64,000 nucleotides of DNA from an uncultured Eubacteriales bacterium. GTDB lineage: Bacteria; Bacillota; Clostridia; UBA1381; UMGS1253. The notes beneath the pieces are model-generated. The model was not told the DNA's origin and did not search any database. It worked only from the letters and a program-made list of their open reading frames with translations. Shown one piece after another: positions 63,407 through 64,000 of this stretch. Every line of letters starts with the position of its first letter. Within the stretch, counting starts at the first letter, position 1. The stretch lies in the NCBI GenBank assembly GCA_902492065.1, contig CABUKE010000001.1, positions 257,347 through 321,346 on the forward strand, in the 5' to 3' direction. Made by a program: the position numbers and the translations under genes.

Positions 63407-64000
63407 TTGGCTGACAGGACTTTTCACGCCGGAGGTCATGGGCATGATTGGGCAGGGGATTGTCGAAACGCTGTACATGACGCTCGCTTCGACAGTGCTG
63501 TCGTACGTGTTCGGCCTGCCGCTCGGGATTTTGCTCGTCGTAACGGACAGGGACGGCATTTTCCCCATGCGGATATTAAACGGCGTGATTGGTGTAATTG
63601 TCAACATTTTGCGCTCTGTGCCGTTTCTGATTCTGCTGGTGGCGGTGATTCCGCTCACGCGCGCCCTTGTCGGTACGTCGATCGGTTCGACGGCGACGAT
63701 TGTTCCGCTCGTGATTGCGGCGGCGCCGTTTATCGCGCGGCTGGTGGAGTCGTCCATTAAGGAGGTCGACAAGGGCGTAATTGAGGCGGCGCAGTCCATG
63801 GGTGCTTCACCATTTCAAATTATCTGGAAAGTAATGCTGCCGGAGGCGCGTCCGTCGCTCGTTGTCGGGAGTGCAATTGCCATTACGACAATTTTGAGCT
63901 ATTCGGCTATGGCGGGCTTTGTCGGCGGCGGCGGGCTCGGCGACCTTGCAATCAAATATGGGTATTACCGCTATCAGAATGACGTGATGCTGATTACGGT
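63399..64000 (+). CDS. metI: methionine ABC transporter permease (5' part; runs off the window end)
   Basis: From the ATG at 63399 (8-nt overlap with metN) it reads MFDWLTGLFTPEVMGMIGQGIVETLYMTLAST...VIGVIVNILRSVPFLILLV...IEAAQSMGASPFQIIWKVMLPEARPSL, which includes the EAA loop. There is no stop before position 64000, so it is absent from the track. Confidence 0.87.
   Translation, partial: MFDWLTGLFTPEVMGMIGQGIVETLYMTLASTVLSYVFGLPLGILLVVTDRDGIFPMRILNGVIGVIVNILRSVPFLILLVAVIPLTRALVGTSIGSTATIVPLVIAAAPFIARLVESSIKEVDKGVIEAAQSMGASPFQIIWKVMLPEARPSLVVGSAIAITTILSYSAMAGFVGGGGLGDLAIKYGYYRYQNDVMLIT

Noticed and set aside
1-64000. I scanned for CRISPR arrays, IS elements, transposases, integrases, phage modules, toxin-antitoxin or defence islands, and for rRNA and tRNA genes.
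   Set aside because: I found no direct-repeat arrays, no DDE/tyrosine/serine recombinase motifs and no tRNA cloverleaf candidates in the intergenic regions. The window looks like core chromosome plus surface-protein accessory genes.

Overview
This is a chromosomal 64-kb window with no obvious mobile DNA. I infer a moderately GC-rich, spore-forming Clostridia-type Firmicute from spo0A, yaaL-bofA, cwlJ-gerQ, SLH-anchored proteins and Gram-positive Shine-Dalgarno sites. (1) Positions 1-14.9 kb hold a dense nitrogen-assimilation supercluster. The minus strand carries a three-polypeptide archaeal-type glutamate synthase interrupted by purA, then GSI glnA, an ANTAR regulator with a degenerate receiver, and carA-carB. 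Divergent from it are a type III glutamine synthetase and an Amt-PII fusion. Both divergent leaders and the spacer before glnA carry promoter-proximal terminator hairpins. (2) Positions 15-21 kb hold housekeeping and sporulation genes: a CarD-family regulator, femX-like/alr, prfA, a TM2 protein, bofA, yaaL and spo0A. (3) Positions 21-42 kb hold envelope and glycan genes. These are a CE4 deacetylase, an orphan sugar-binding lipoprotein, GrpB, galE, two tandem secreted deacetylase-fold/discoidin paralogs and a Wzx-like flippase. They are followed by a HAD phosphatase, a decayed MATE gene, a CPA2 antiporter, rarA, GH140-like, GH36 and GH26-like enzymes, and cwlJ-gerQ. (4) Positions 42.5-59.2 kb are the most unusual part. 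A cobalamin riboswitch with two tandem terminator hairpins precedes a 2,689-aa SLH-anchored giant protein. That protein contains a transcobalamin-like module (alpha/alpha toroid plus a DUF4430-like beta domain) and a second DUF4430-like domain. It is convergent with a second 2,575-aa SLH-anchored beta-helix giant that shares its C-terminal anchoring cassette. I propose a B12-regulated, wall-anchored corrinoid-capture protein; this is a hypothesis, not shown. (5) Positions 59.5-64 kb hold cysK, a nucleotidyltransferase, mnmA, metN and metI (partial). I recognised no rRNA, tRNA, CRISPR, transposase, integrase or phage genes. Most long ORFs in the track that lie opposite these genes are antisense artefacts, and several track ORFs carry spurious N-terminal extensions, which I trimmed using RBS position and homology.
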